A stretch of DNA of 30,015 nucleotides from Armatimonadota bacterium (GCA_030833025.1 JAURHZ010000001.1:1-30015), one strand, 5' to 3'. Positions 7,756 to 17,604 are shown, numbered from the stretch's first letter. Made by a program: numbers and translations. The notes: generated by a model not told the origin, from the sequence alone.

Positions 7756-9540
7756 ATGGCGATCTCCCATCGATGGGCACAGTTGGTTTGTGGCGGCACA
7801 GTGGCTGCGACCGCGCTAGGCTGCGTTTCGGCTGCAGTTGCGTCTGACTGGCCTGAACTCCGTGGTAATGCACAGCGTACCGGTGTCTCATCCGAGACGG
7901 TAGCCCCTCCCCTTGCGCTGCTCTGGCGCTTCACGGGTGGCTATCAAAATGCTAACTCCAGCGCAGCGGTCGTTTCTGGCAAAACTGCTTACTTTGTCAC
8001 CAAGGGTAATGGAACCCAAGGTGGATTCTTGTATGCATTGGATGTCGAAACGGGTGCAAAGCGCTGGTCCTTCCCACAAGGTGAAAATGGCCTTCCACAA
8101 AGCCATGTCTTTTCTGCAACACCTACAATTGCGAATGGCAAGGTCTATGTAGGTTCATCTGATGGCGCGATGTACGTCATCGATGCCGTCACTGGGCAGG
8201 AAGTCATTAAGTTCAATACTGGCCGTCCGGTCAACTCAAGCGCCATCCTAGCGGATAACATCCTCTACTTTGGTTCAAACAGCGGAACCTTTTACGCTCT
8301 AAACCCTGAAACGGGTGAAATTGCTCCAGGTTGGCGCAAGAACTACGATGCCGGTGATGCAGTCAACTCGGCACCACTGATTGCCGACACGATGGTTATC
8401 GTGCAGTCTGCCGATAACACTCTGCACGGTGTAAAGCGTGCAACGGGTATCCCAAAATGGAAGTACCGCCTTCCTTACGGTGCGAATCCAAATACGTTGA
8501 CTTACGGTGATGGTAGTTTGTACATCCCGTCTGGCCGACGGTTGTTTGCAATCCTCCCTGCAAGCGGTGCGCTCCGCTGGGCGACTGAGCTACCTGAAGA
8601 CATCATGGGTGCGCCTGTGTCCGTTGATGGCACCGTCTATGTCGCATGCCGAGATGATCAAGGCTCTGGAGCACGTCTGTATGCTGTCAAGGCTTCAAAT
8701 GGCCGTGGCGAATGGGATGGTCCAGCACGCATTCCAAATACGATTTCCTCAGCTCCTGTAGTTGCTGGTAACTTCATCTATGCTGCTGGTAGCCGTGGAA
8801 CATTGACAGCCGTTGATCGTGAATCTGGCGCAGTGAAGTGGAACTATCGGATGGAAGCGAGCAGCAACCGCCCAGCGGTCACTGCAAGCAACTTCCAAGG
8901 CCAAGATGTAGCAGCCACACAGGCAGCAGTTTCGAAGGATGTCACGGTGGTTGCACCTCTGACAATCGCTGATGGCACCCTGCTCGTTGTTTCAAATGAC
9001 GGCACCTTGTCTGCATTCCGACCAGATGCTCCTGATACGACCGGACCGGTTTCTACCGACCAGTTCCCACGTACAGGTTCGAGTATCAGCGGTCGCCCAC
9101 CGTTTACGGCAGCAGTAAAGTTTGCTGACTTCGGCAGTGGAGTTAATGTCGATACGCTGAAAGCAACGCTTGATGGCAAACAGATTGAAGTTGGCTACGA
9201 TGCGTTGAAGGGCTGGGCTTATTTCCAGACGCAGTCCACGGGTAAGATGGTCGATCCACCGTTATCAAACGGACGCCATTCAATCTCCTTCTCAGTTACA
9301 GATTACGCAGGGAATGAGACTGTATCAGCTTGGTCATTTGTTGTAGATAACAACCTTGCTCCAACTGCTAAGTCGGCACCTGTTGCTCCAAAGAAGACAG
9401 ACTTGAAGCCTGGAGCCGCGAATGCTACGGGTGGAAAGACTGGAAATCGTCCAAGTGCAACACCAGGCTCCACTGGTGCTGGCCCTGGCCGGCCAATCGG
9501 CGGAGGTTCTGGATTCCCTGGCCGTCGCCGCGGGAACTAA
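7756..9540 (+). CDS. Secreted PQQ-binding-like (BamB-like) beta-propeller protein with C-terminal Ig-like domain and Gly/Pro-rich basic tail
   Basis: Signal peptide, DWPELRGNAQRTG, repeated blades (LYALDVETGAKRWSF, SSAIL/SAPLI/SAPVV, AVDRESGAVKWNY), Ig-like DTTGP...D.GSGVNVDTLKATLDG...NGRHSISFSVTDYAGN, and low-complexity tail. GAAGGT before the ATG at 7756. Confidence 0.82.
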   Translation: MAISHRWAQLVCGGTVAATALGCVSAAVASDWPELRGNAQRTGVSSETVAPPLALLWRFTGGYQNANSSAAVVSGKTAYFVTKGNGTQGGFLYALDVETGAKRWSFPQGENGLPQSHVFSATPTIANGKVYVGSSDGAMYVIDAVTGQEVIKFNTGRPVNSSAILADNILYFGSNSGTFYALNPETGEIAPGWRKNYDAGDAVNSAPLIADTMVIVQSADNTLHGVKRATGIPKWKYRLPYGANPNTLTYGDGSLYIPSGRRLFAILPASGALRWATELPEDIMGAPVSVDGTVYVACRDDQGSGARLYAVKASNGRGEWDGPARIPNTISSAPVVAGNFIYAAGSRGTLTAVDRESGAVKWNYRMEASSNRPAVTASNFQGQDVAATQAAVSKDVTVVAPLTIADGTLLVVSNDGTLSAFRPDAPDTTGPVSTDQFPRTGSSISGRPPFTAAVKFADFGSGVNVDTLKATLDGKQIEVGYDALKGWAYFQTQSTGKMVDPPLSNGRHSISFSVTDYAGNETVSAWSFVVDNNLAPTAKSAPVAPKKTDLKPGAANATGGKTGNRPSATPGSTGAGPGRPIGGGSGFPGRRRGN

Positions 9541-9570
9541 TCACCTGCAGTAACGTATTCTAATCAAGTC

Positions 9571-9606
9571 AAAAAGGCGGACTCCCTAGCGGGAGCCCGC
9601 CTTTTT
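9571..9606 (+). terminator. Intrinsic terminator (probably bidirectional)
   Basis: AAAAAGGCGG-A-CTCCC-TAGC-GGGAG-C-CCGCC-TTTTT, with an A-run before and a T-run after the stem. Confidence 0.88.
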
Positions 9607-9624
9607 CGTATTTGGAGCCAGAGA

Positions 9625-10725
9625 ATGAATCTTACTGTTGATGACAATCCCACCGCCTTCGCCAACTTTATTCGTATCAGTAGAGCAGAACTTCCACCAG
9701 CACTCGTCTCATCCCTACTGCCAGCTCTCCACAGCACTGCAAACTTTCAAGACCTACCCATAGGCCACATGACACACTTGCAACGGACACGTCTTGAGGA
9801 GAGTTGGGTGAAGCCTGTAACAGATCGTGAACTCGAGTCCTGCAAACTAAAGGGCATCTATATAACTTGGACGACCATCGATGAACGTCCACATCTGATT
9901 CGTAATACACCCCTAATGCCAGCCTTTATGTTTGCCCGGGGAGACATTAAGGCCGCATCTAGGCAATGTATTGCCATCGTCGGAACACGCAATGCCAGCC
10001 ACTATGCTGAACGGCAAACACAAGTCTTTGCAAAGTACCTGGTCGAACGAGGCATAGTAATCGTAAGCGGAGGCGCTGAGGGAATTGATACCTTTTCCCA
10101 CCGAGTCGCAGTAGATTCCCACGTCCCTACCGTTGCCATCATGGGAACTGGATTACTTCGGGATTATCCGGCAAAGAATGTTGATCTCTTCGATGACATT
10201 GTTGCCTGCGGAGGTCTCCTCCTAAGCGAATACGCACCATCTAGCTTGAGTAAAGCATGGAAGTTTCCAGAACGGAATCGGATTATCGCTGCGATGTCCC
10301 AGCTGACACTCGTCGTAGAGGCAGGTATCAAGTCTGGCGCGCTCATCACGGCATCGTTTGCAGGAACCTTTGGACGTGACACATGTGTGATTCCAGGCCC
10401 ATTGGATGATGGAAACAACGAAGGTGGTCATGAGCTGATTCGTGATGGAGCCACGTTAGTTGTGCATCCTCGGCAGCTCTTACCAGAAAATCCCGGCTTG
10501 TTCGATACTGGTTACATTTCGGAGCAACGGATTGTACAGGCTAGATTGGCGCTGACAGATGCAGAACAGCGGCTTATGCAATGCATCCCTCTAGATGGAA
10601 TCCATCCAGGTGTCCTCGGTGATACATCTCCATTTCCCTTGTCCGAAACTAACGCATTGGTAACAATTCTCGAATTGAAAGGTGCGATTGGTCGGACGCC
10701 ACAAGGGACGTTGAAACCAGTCTAG
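9625..10725 (+). CDS. dprA: DNA-processing protein DprA (Smf)
   Basis: IAIVGTRNAS, IVSGGAEGID, LLLSEY, FPERNRIIAAMS, VVEAGIKSGALITA, GRD..VIPG, LIRDGA, plus a C-terminal winged-helix segment (LTILELKG-like, VTILELKGAI). Confidence 0.95.
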   Translation: MNLTVDDNPTAFANFIRISRAELPPALVSSLLPALHSTANFQDLPIGHMTHLQRTRLEESWVKPVTDRELESCKLKGIYITWTTIDERPHLIRNTPLMPAFMFARGDIKAASRQCIAIVGTRNASHYAERQTQVFAKYLVERGIVIVSGGAEGIDTFSHRVAVDSHVPTVAIMGTGLLRDYPAKNVDLFDDIVACGGLLLSEYAPSSLSKAWKFPERNRIIAAMSQLTLVVEAGIKSGALITASFAGTFGRDTCVIPGPLDDGNNEGGHELIRDGATLVVHPRQLLPENPGLFDTGYISEQRIVQARLALTDAEQRLMQCIPLDGIHPGVLGDTSPFPLSETNALVTILELKGAIGRTPQGTLKPV

Positions 10726-10741
10726 TGGACCGGGGTACAAT
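10711..10741 (+). promoter_or_regulatory. Possible sigma70 promoter for the small downstream ORF
   Basis: TTGAAA (10711-10716), 19-nt spacer, TACAAT (10736-10741). The spacer is longer than optimal. Confidence 0.35.
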
Positions 10742-10757
10742 ACAGCGGAGGTTTAAA

Positions 10758-10952
10758 ATGGCCACACAAAAGAAAAAACCGGCACTCTCAGGAGAGGCAG
10801 CGCGCCTCCTTGAGCAATACCGTAATGCATCCAACGGTATCAAGCCTGTTGGTGCTGCCCAGCAAGGTACAGGCGCTGGCGCCGCTGGAAAAGGAAGCGC
10901 ACCCGCTGGCGGTGCCTCGCAAATGCGACGCAGCGGAACACGCGGAAAGTAA
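10758..10952 (+). CDS. Small (64 aa) basic Gly/Ala-rich hypothetical protein
   Basis: Strong GGAGGT Shine-Dalgarno 5 nt before the ATG at 10758. The ORF fills the gap between dprA and a terminator. Sequence MATQKKKPALSGEAARLLEQYR...MRRSGTRGK. Confidence 0.75.
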   Translation: MATQKKKPALSGEAARLLEQYRNASNGIKPVGAAQQGTGAGAAGKGSAPAGGASQMRRSGTRGK

Positions 10953-10960
10953 CAATATCG

Positions 10961-10995
10961 CCCCTGATGAAACTGAACATCAGGGGTTCATTTTT
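10961..10995 (+). terminator. Intrinsic terminator between convergent genes
   Basis: CCCCTGATG-AAACTGAA-CATCAGGGG (perfect 9-bp stem) followed by TTCATTTTT. Confidence 0.82.
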
Positions 10996-11004
10996 AGGTG
11001 GTTA

Positions 11005-12768
11005 CTACGTTCTCGCCAACGGAGTCAGTAACCCAATGTCAAATGGCTTGTTGGTTACGATTTGGTCACAACCTGTCCAGCTACGCACATCGCGTACACC
11101 AAACAGCTGTGAACCATTGTCTCGTAGCAACAATGCGGCCGTGTGGACATCGCCGATGGCCCTAAGTCCAGGTGCATAGCGATCGGATGCCCAATACGCA
11201 TCGCTGTCCGTGTCGATGCTCTGAAAATCGGCATAGACCTTCCCAGTAAGCTTGCCTCCAAGGAGCGCTGCGGCAAGGACGACGAGAGGCGCATCGTCGC
11301 CTAGTCCAACGAAACTCACCCGTACATGGGTTGCTTGCGCCTTTGCCCACGCATCAATGATGGCGGCGACTTTCTGCCCAATCACAGGACGGTTGTAAGT
11401 TGAGTGATAGCTCTTCCAGTGATCAATTCCCGATCCGATGGAAGAGATATCGATATCTATCACACTAGACCCGGCTTTTACCGCTGCGCGCGCAGCGTGC
11501 AGGGCTTCCCTTCCGACTGCAATAATGGCATCCCCACCGGTAGTTGACTGGAGCACACTTGGGGGAACGACGGCAAGCGATGTCTGTAGCCAACGGATTG
11601 CATCGTCACTCCATTTTCGTGACCCGCGTATTCCTCGCGCGATGAAACGCTTTCGTTCGCTCGATGCCTGTGCATGGAGCGCAGCGACAACCGCCTTTTC
11701 GCTCTGAAGTCCTACATTTCGCTTTGAAGGAAAGACACGCAGGCGCTCGGGATTCAGCGTAGTTGGATGCTCCGTTACATCGGCGTCGGGTCGTCTTTGA
11801 AGCCAGCGGCACATCCACTTCGTCATCGCTTCGCGGCTTTCCCGGTTGTAGTTGTGACCGTACGGGAACTGGTCCCATGAGATGGATTCTGTAGCACCGT
11901 AGAGCTGATAAACATTCCGAATTGCTGGCCCCTCAACCGTTGGCGTGGTCTTGGACCAGTCACCTAGACAGGAAATCAAAAACTGAGGCTTTGGAGCAAA
12001 TAACGCAGCGAATTCCACATTGTCTGTGTCTACTCGCAGGCCAGGAGCATTCTCGCAGAGACAGCCACCTTGCATCGTGGTTGAGACCATATTGACCGGC
12101 ACGGAGCACTGTACTCTCTTATCAATTGCGGCCAGAATGAATGCCTGCGTACCTCCGCCTGATGCCCCTGTCACACCAATCCGCTTCCGGTCGACATCCG
12201 GTCGGCTCTCGAGGTAATCCAACGTACGGATACTATTCCACGTCTGTAGACCGAGCAGATTTACACCCCACATCCAGTCCGTCGTCGTCCCCGCCATACC
12301 GTGACCAGCCTGCAAGGTGTCGTTGTAACCCACCATGTCGTAAGCAAACACCAGAAAGCCTTGTCGAGCGAGGGACACCGCGAGCTGGACCAGATCAGCT
12401 CTTCCAGCAGCAAGGCGCTCGCCTTTAGGATTACGCGGGACATCGGCCTCGCGAGTCCGACGCCCATCCGCCCAGTGTCCATGGGGATTTACGATGGCTG
12501 GAAATGGACCTCCCGACAAAGGGCGATAAACATTTCCACAGAGCCAGAAGCCACTTAGTGTCTGAATGGCGACATTCTCAATGCGGATACCATCCGATTC
12601 AAATGTAGACGTAGTGATGGGATCTAGTGGGCATTTACGGCGATCTGTAAGTAACCCACAAGCTAGCTGGATGCGGGTGCGAAGCGCGGCTGCACGCGTC
12701 TCCCATTCGTGTTTGCGTTCAGGTTTAGCAAAGAGATGAAACGTATCCAGGTCACGTGGCTTATCCAT
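11005..12768 (-). CDS. Alpha/beta-hydrolase, acetylxylan-esterase-like carbohydrate esterase
   Basis: GFWLCGNVYRP, PAIVNPHGHW, VFAYDMVGYND, GLQTWNSIRTLDYL, nucleophile GVTGASGGGTQ, GGCLCEN, HNYNRESREAM. Start is either ATG 12768 (GGGGGG upstream) or GTG 12798 (GTGA overlap with the upstream stop). No signal peptide evident. Confidence 0.8.
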   Translation of the reverse strand: MDKPRDLDTFHLFAKPERKHEWETRAAALRTRIQLACGLLTDRRKCPLDPITTSTFESDGIRIENVAIQTLSGFWLCGNVYRPLSGGPFPAIVNPHGHWADGRRTREADVPRNPKGERLAAGRADLVQLAVSLARQGFLVFAYDMVGYNDTLQAGHGMAGTTTDWMWGVNLLGLQTWNSIRTLDYLESRPDVDRKRIGVTGASGGGTQAFILAAIDKRVQCSVPVNMVSTTMQGGCLCENAPGLRVDTDNVEFAALFAPKPQFLISCLGDWSKTTPTVEGPAIRNVYQLYGATESISWDQFPYGHNYNRESREAMTKWMCRWLQRRPDADVTEHPTTLNPERLRVFPSKRNVGLQSEKAVVAALHAQASSERKRFIARGIRGSRKWSDDAIRWLQTSLAVVPPSVLQSTTGGDAIIAVGREALHAARAAVKAGSSVIDIDISSIGSGIDHWKSYHSTYNRPVIGQKVAAIIDAWAKAQATHVRVSFVGLGDDAPLVVLAAALLGGKLTGKVYADFQSIDTDSDAYWASDRYAPGLRAIGDVHTAALLLRDNGSQLFGVRDVRSWTGCDQIVTNKPFDIGLLTPLART

Positions 12769-12794
12769 CGAACACCCCCCAGTTGGTCGTCTGA

Positions 12795-13634
12795 TCACAC
12801 AAGTCCGAAGCACTGCTTCAAGTGGAATATGCTGTTCTGCGCAATGGTCAATGCATCCGGCGTGTAGTCAAACACTTCTATGCTTACCCATCCATCAAAA
12901 TCAGTAGCTGAAAGCGCAGCTGCAATAGCCGTGAAGTCTGTGTTGCCATCACCGGGCCCACGGCGGTTGGCATCATTTGCATGGAGATGACAACAGACAT
13001 CCCCGTACTTGGTGATGAGTCCCGCTAGTCCAATCGTCTCGGAGCACATCGACTTCACATCGAGCATCATGCCGATATTCGGATGTGCACACGCCTTGAC
13101 CAGCGAATAGGCATCCTCCTGAGTAATGATAAAGTCTGCCTCAGGTCCTGGCAGTGCCTCAGGGCAGAGCCTTACAGCGGTCCCCTGCAGGTAATTTGCA
13201 ACGTGCAGCAATGTCTCCTGCGTTCGCTGGGTAGCCCCGACGAGATCTCCCCCTTCAAGTGTTCGAGCCTTCGGGGACCCGAGCACCATCACGGGAGCTC
13301 CAACATCTACGGCAAGGTCTGCCAGCGCCTTTAGATAACTTGTTGTATCGTCGCGAAGTACAGTGTCAGTCGTATGGATGTGTAGCCCTGGAGGCGAAAC
13401 AAGCAGCCAATGCAGCCCGGTGATGAAAAGTCCGTGATCACGAGCAACGGTGGTAATCCAGCGTCGTGTTGATCCACTGATATCCCGGCAGTCATCCGCA
13501 AACGTGAAAGGGGCAAGCTCGATTCCCGTATACCCTGCTGATTGCGCTTCGGCGCAAACCCGTGGCCAGTTTTCAAGGGACCCAGCATCACGCCCCCAGG
13601 TCTCATTACAAATCGAGAAACCGTGGAGTCTCAT
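12795..13634 (-). CDS. Sugar phosphate isomerase/epimerase (xylose-isomerase-like TIM barrel, D-psicose/D-tagatose 3-epimerase-like)
   Basis: GYTGIELAP, metal-ligand set E (LCPEAL), D (MLDV), H (HLHAND), E (SIEVF), and GPGDG..DF. ATGA overlap with the MFS stop. Confidence 0.88.
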   Translation of the reverse strand: MRLHGFSICNETWGRDAGSLENWPRVCAEAQSAGYTGIELAPFTFADDCRDISGSTRRWITTVARDHGLFITGLHWLLVSPPGLHIHTTDTVLRDDTTSYLKALADLAVDVGAPVMVLGSPKARTLEGGDLVGATQRTQETLLHVANYLQGTAVRLCPEALPGPEADFIITQEDAYSLVKACAHPNIGMMLDVKSMCSETIGLAGLITKYGDVCCHLHANDANRRGPGDGNTDFTAIAAALSATDFDGWVSIEVFDYTPDALTIAQNSIFHLKQCFGLV

Positions 13635-14935
13635 TCAGGGAGTGGCTTTCCGCGTGTCTCTGGTGCGATTGCAATGCCAACGAGTCCAACGACGTAGATA
13701 AACGCCACTACGCCTGCAGCTGCACGGAACCCACTCCCGGGAACGCCGGTGTCTAGCGTCTTGGCCAGCTGCCCAAGAACGAGTGGTGCGCCAGCAGCGA
13801 CGATGCGTGCGCAGTTATAGCAAAACCCGATTCCTGTTGCTCGGAGCCTTGTTGGAAACAATTCAGGGAAGTACACGGCATACGCCGCAAACGGTGCCAG
13901 CGTGAACAGTCCAAGAATGAACGCCCAGATATAGGATGTTGATGTTCCATCGAGGAAACGGAAAGTCCCTTGTACGGCAAAAAATGCAAGTATGAATGCG
14001 CCAACAAGTGCTGGGCGCCGGCCAACACGTTCACTAATCGCCGTAAAGGCAAGCATTCCAATAAATGCACCGGCCTGCTGTGTCATCGAGAGATAGGCCT
14101 TAAAGTGTGCCAACTCCTTACCTTTAAGCGGGCTTACGAAACCAACGAGATCCATCAGCCAGAAGCCAATACCCCAGAGTGCCCCAACGCCTGCGATGGC
14201 GAGGAGTGTGCCTGCGATAGTGTTGCGGCGGAGGGTTGGATCTTTGAAGAGTCCCAAAATCGAGCCGGTTGAAAGTCCCTCACGTTCAGATTTCTCTTTG
14301 GATGCGGACCAAGTTTCAGGTTCTTTGACTACGCGTCGGATAACAAAAACGAGAACCGCAGGAAATGCCCCGACAAAGAAAGCAGTTCGCCAGTAGTCTG
14401 GTCCAATATTGCTTAGGAAGAGCGTGATGACCGCAGCCATCGCATTTCCGACGGCTGACAGCGCCTGAAGGACCCCGAGAGCCATCGCACGCGAGCGGGA
14501 CGGAAACACTTCAGCTACAAGTGCAGCACCAGCTGCGAATTCACCGCCAACACCGAGTGCTGTCATGAAGCGGCAAACACCATACTGAAATGGGTTCGTA
14601 ACGAATCCATTGAGACCAGTGAATACGGCGTAAATCAAGATGGTTGCGGCCATTGTTTTGGCACGACCGAACCTGTCGCCGATGGCGCCGAATAAGAAGC
14701 CTCCGACAGCCCACCCAATGAGAAAGGTGGATGTCATGTAGCCACCGAGCTTTGTTGCTTCCTCTTTGGTTGCATCCGGGCCAAGGAGAGCCATCATCGA
14801 TGGCTGCCGAACCATGTTAAACAGGTTCTGGTCCATTGTGTCGAACAGCCACCCGAGGCTTGAAATGATCAGAACAATCCAGGCGTAGCGCGGGACGCCC
14901 TTCCACCAAGGTTGTGGCGTAGCGTTAGTCATCAT
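13631..14935 (-). CDS. Major facilitator superfamily transporter (sugar/organic-acid type)
   Basis: About 12 hydrophobic segments, GWLFDTMD, motif A GAIGDRFGRAK, RFMTALGVGGEFAAGAALVAEVFP, SERVGRR, PELFPTRLRATG, APETRGKPL. ATGA overlaps at both ends. Confidence 0.93.
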   Translation of the reverse strand: MMTNATPQPWWKGVPRYAWIVLIISSLGWLFDTMDQNLFNMVRQPSMMALLGPDATKEEATKLGGYMTSTFLIGWAVGGFLFGAIGDRFGRAKTMAATILIYAVFTGLNGFVTNPFQYGVCRFMTALGVGGEFAAGAALVAEVFPSRSRAMALGVLQALSAVGNAMAAVITLFLSNIGPDYWRTAFFVGAFPAVLVFVIRRVVKEPETWSASKEKSEREGLSTGSILGLFKDPTLRRNTIAGTLLAIAGVGALWGIGFWLMDLVGFVSPLKGKELAHFKAYLSMTQQAGAFIGMLAFTAISERVGRRPALVGAFILAFFAVQGTFRFLDGTSTSYIWAFILGLFTLAPFAAYAVYFPELFPTRLRATGIGFCYNCARIVAAGAPLVLGQLAKTLDTGVPGSGFRAAAGVVAFIYVVGLVGIAIAPETRGKPLPE

Positions 14936-16146
14936 TGTGCGAGTGTAACCTTTGGTGGTTTTGCGTAGGTTTTTGCAACGGCATCTATATTTGCCTGTGA
15001 CGCATCACCTGTATGGAAGTAAACCCGATAGCCGAAGGTGACTGATTTACCTTTTGGCGTGATCAGCTGGCCAGCAGTTTTGTCGTTCTTCTTGGATGCA
15101 TCGAAGTCATGTAGCCCGAATGGGTTTACAGCAAATAGTCCATACGTTCGTGCATGCCATGTTGTTGGGTAGCGCGGATTTGAGGGGCTGTCGAATATTG
15201 CAACGCCAACAGTTTTGCCGCCAATGGTTCCGGAGTTGTCAACCCAAGCACTTGGCTTCCCCCAGAGCGCACCCTGCTTTAATCCCTCTGCGTTTATCAT
15301 CGTGCCAGTTTTGTCACCTTTGATGGCTTCAGGCACGCGAATGGCGAATGTACCTTCCTTTGTATCCCCCCACTTAAGGTCAACGGTGGTTGGTGTGACC
15401 GTAATGGAAAAGTCAAGGAACATCCCGGTCCCAACCGGCGTGAACGTCATCGAGCGCGTGTCTTTGGCGATAGTCTTGCCTTCGGGGTCATTCCAATCTG
15501 TCGTGCTTGTCAGCTGTGCTTGGATTGGACCACCGGCAAGAAGTGGGAAATTTGTGTGCACCGTCTTTCCGATGCGATGTTTTTCATCCCCTGCTTCGGT
15601 CCAAAAGTCAATGCCATTGACATCCCCGTGGGTAAACCACAATCCGCGGTGGTGTGGATGGTCTTCCGCTTCATCTGTGCCTTTTTCAACTGGCCAGCGG
15701 CGTGTCATGTGTATGTCATCGCCGAAAGGAATTATCGGATACAGATACGGCTTGGTTGGACCGGTCGAGACATCGTAGCGGGCGATGAGGCTATCTCCCC
15801 GCTTGACTTCGGCATCGGCGCCACTAAGCGTGACGCTTAAGTCGGGATGACTGGTATTTGTTGCAGGTGTGGCTACAAAGACTTTTGACTCACCGGCTCC
15901 GAGGTTGTTGACGAGAAAGGTTACTCTAACCTTGTCCTTGCCGATGGCATCGAACTGTGCGGGGATACCCTGCGTACCCTTTGGTGCCTTTGGGAGTTTC
16001 TTCAGCGCCGCTTTGGTAACGACGATGGAGACGGGGTACGGGGCAGTTACGGGGGCATCGGCGGTAACGCGCACAGGCACATTTTGTGCCTGTGCTGTCG
16101 CCACGAGGGCCATCACTGTTGAGAGGCTAACAGCAAGCTTTGTCAT
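14932..16146 (-). CDS. Secreted DUF6807 / 'PmoA family' protein (not a methane monooxygenase)
   Basis: Signal peptide MTKLAVSLSTVMALVATAQA, KPYLYPI, DHPHHRGLWFTHGDVNGIDFW, FGDTKEG-like WGDTKEGTFAIRV, WHARTYGLFAVNPFG, YRVYFH. ATG 16146 has AGGTG upstream. Confidence 0.8.
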   Translation of the reverse strand: MTKLAVSLSTVMALVATAQAQNVPVRVTADAPVTAPYPVSIVVTKAALKKLPKAPKGTQGIPAQFDAIGKDKVRVTFLVNNLGAGESKVFVATPATNTSHPDLSVTLSGADAEVKRGDSLIARYDVSTGPTKPYLYPIIPFGDDIHMTRRWPVEKGTDEAEDHPHHRGLWFTHGDVNGIDFWTEAGDEKHRIGKTVHTNFPLLAGGPIQAQLTSTTDWNDPEGKTIAKDTRSMTFTPVGTGMFLDFSITVTPTTVDLKWGDTKEGTFAIRVPEAIKGDKTGTMINAEGLKQGALWGKPSAWVDNSGTIGGKTVGVAIFDSPSNPRYPTTWHARTYGLFAVNPFGLHDFDASKKNDKTAGQLITPKGKSVTFGYRVYFHTGDASQANIDAVAKTYAKPPKVTLAQ

Positions 16147-16155
16147 GACGGTCAC

Positions 16156-17604
16156 CTATATTTTGGAAGGAACAGCATAGCCTGTTCGATACGGCCGTGT
16201 CAGCATGGTTGCTGCTTCGGCATCCCCTACGATGCCTTCCTTCTTCGGATCGATGTTGATTACTCGTCCAAGACGCCCCATTGCATTGGCTGTATCAACG
16301 TTGTTCGCCTTCAGGTGCTCACGGTAGCGAACGACGGCTTCAGCACCATGCTTGTTGCTGGCCAGCAATCCGGTTAGCTCCTTGGCTGGAACCGCAGGCT
16401 CACCGAGGCGATACGAAATGTTTCCAAGGTGGCAAAGTGCACTCGAGAGGTGCCCCTCGACAATCGGTGCATTCAGGTCGCCTGCATTACGATTCCTGAC
16501 GGCCTTGACAAAGTTTCCGAAGTGGTCGCCACCGCCACTGAACTTCTGGACTTGATTCCCAGCCTTATCGAATGCCAGCGCGAGCGCATAGTTGCTTGAG
16601 AAAACAACATAGCCTTCTGTGCCGTAGACAATGTTCCCGATGGCGACACCGGTGTATTCAGGTGTATCTAGACCGCGTACTTCAAAGACCAAGGTTTGGT
16701 CGCCGTACTCAAACGTCGAGACGACTGTGTTTGGGGTCTCGCCCTGATCCGAATAGCCAAAGCGTCCTCCAACGGTGTGAACCTTGGTAGGCAAGGTCGA
16801 CTTACCAAGCGCCCAGCGTGCGATGTCCATTTGGTGGATACCTTGGTTACCAAGGTCGCCGGCACCGTAGTCCCAGTGCCAATGCCAGTTGTAGAGGTAG
16901 CGGTTAGTGTTATACGCCCGCTTCGGCGCTGGGCCGAGCCACATGTCGTAATCGACTTCGGCTGGCGCTGCTGCATCTGCAAACATTCCGATGGACTTTC
17001 TAGGCTTATAACAAAGTCCACGTGACACTTCTACCTTGCCGATTTTTCCGCCGTGGATGTACGCGATGGCATCCTTGATGGCCTTATGTGAACGGCTTTG
17101 GGTACCCGTTTGGCAGATTTTGTTGTAGCGGGCCATTGCTTCCGAAAGGCGTCGGCCTTCGCTAACATTGTGGCTGACTGGCTTCTCGATATAGGCATCC
17201 TTGCCCGCTTGCATTGCCCAGATTCCCGCTAGTGAATGCCAGTGAATCGGAAGGGCTGCAGATACAGCATCAACTTCCTTGTCTTCATAAAGCTTCCGCA
17301 GATCCTGATAAACCTTTGGTTTCTTTCCGGTCTTAGTGGCAACTGCGGCGGCGGACTTCTCAGCTGTACGCAGGTCGACATCACAAATCGCTACAACGTC
17401 TGCATTCGGGTTGGACAGATACCCATCGATGTGCGCCTTGCCACGGCCATTCAGACCGATGACACCAATACGCAGCTTGTCCGCAGTTGGTTTACCTTTT
17501 GAGGTTCTTGCAATCGCCTGGGATGGAATTGCTACGGATGCTGCAGTCAGCGCTGCCAAAAAGAATGAATCAGAGAGAAACTCGCGACGGCTGGATGGTG
17601 ACAT
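16156..17604 (-). CDS. Tat-exported Gfo/Idh/MocA family NAD(P)-dependent oxidoreductase
   Basis: Twin-arginine SRREFL, IGVIGLNGRG, DAYIEKP, QTGTQSRS, YDMWLGPAP, WHWHWDYGAGDLGNQGIHQMD. Confidence 0.93.
   Translation of the reverse strand: MSPSSRREFLSDSFFLAALTAASVAIPSQAIARTSKGKPTADKLRIGVIGLNGRGKAHIDGYLSNPNADVVAICDVDLRTAEKSAAAVATKTGKKPKVYQDLRKLYEDKEVDAVSAALPIHWHSLAGIWAMQAGKDAYIEKPVSHNVSEGRRLSEAMARYNKICQTGTQSRSHKAIKDAIAYIHGGKIGKVEVSRGLCYKPRKSIGMFADAAAPAEVDYDMWLGPAPKRAYNTNRYLYNWHWHWDYGAGDLGNQGIHQMDIARWALGKSTLPTKVHTVGGRFGYSDQGETPNTVVSTFEYGDQTLVFEVRGLDTPEYTGVAIGNIVYGTEGYVVFSSNYALALAFDKAGNQVQKFSGGGDHFGNFVKAVRNRNAGDLNAPIVEGHLSSALCHLGNISYRLGEPAVPAKELTGLLASNKHGAEAVVRYREHLKANNVDTANAMGRLGRVINIDPKKEGIVGDAEAATMLTRPYRTGYAVPSKI

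Noticed and set aside
14932-16146. 'PmoA' label suggesting particulate methane monooxygenase
   Set aside because: This is a soluble secreted protein with no multi-TM topology and no pmoC/pmoB neighbours. The DUF6807 family name is a known misnomer.
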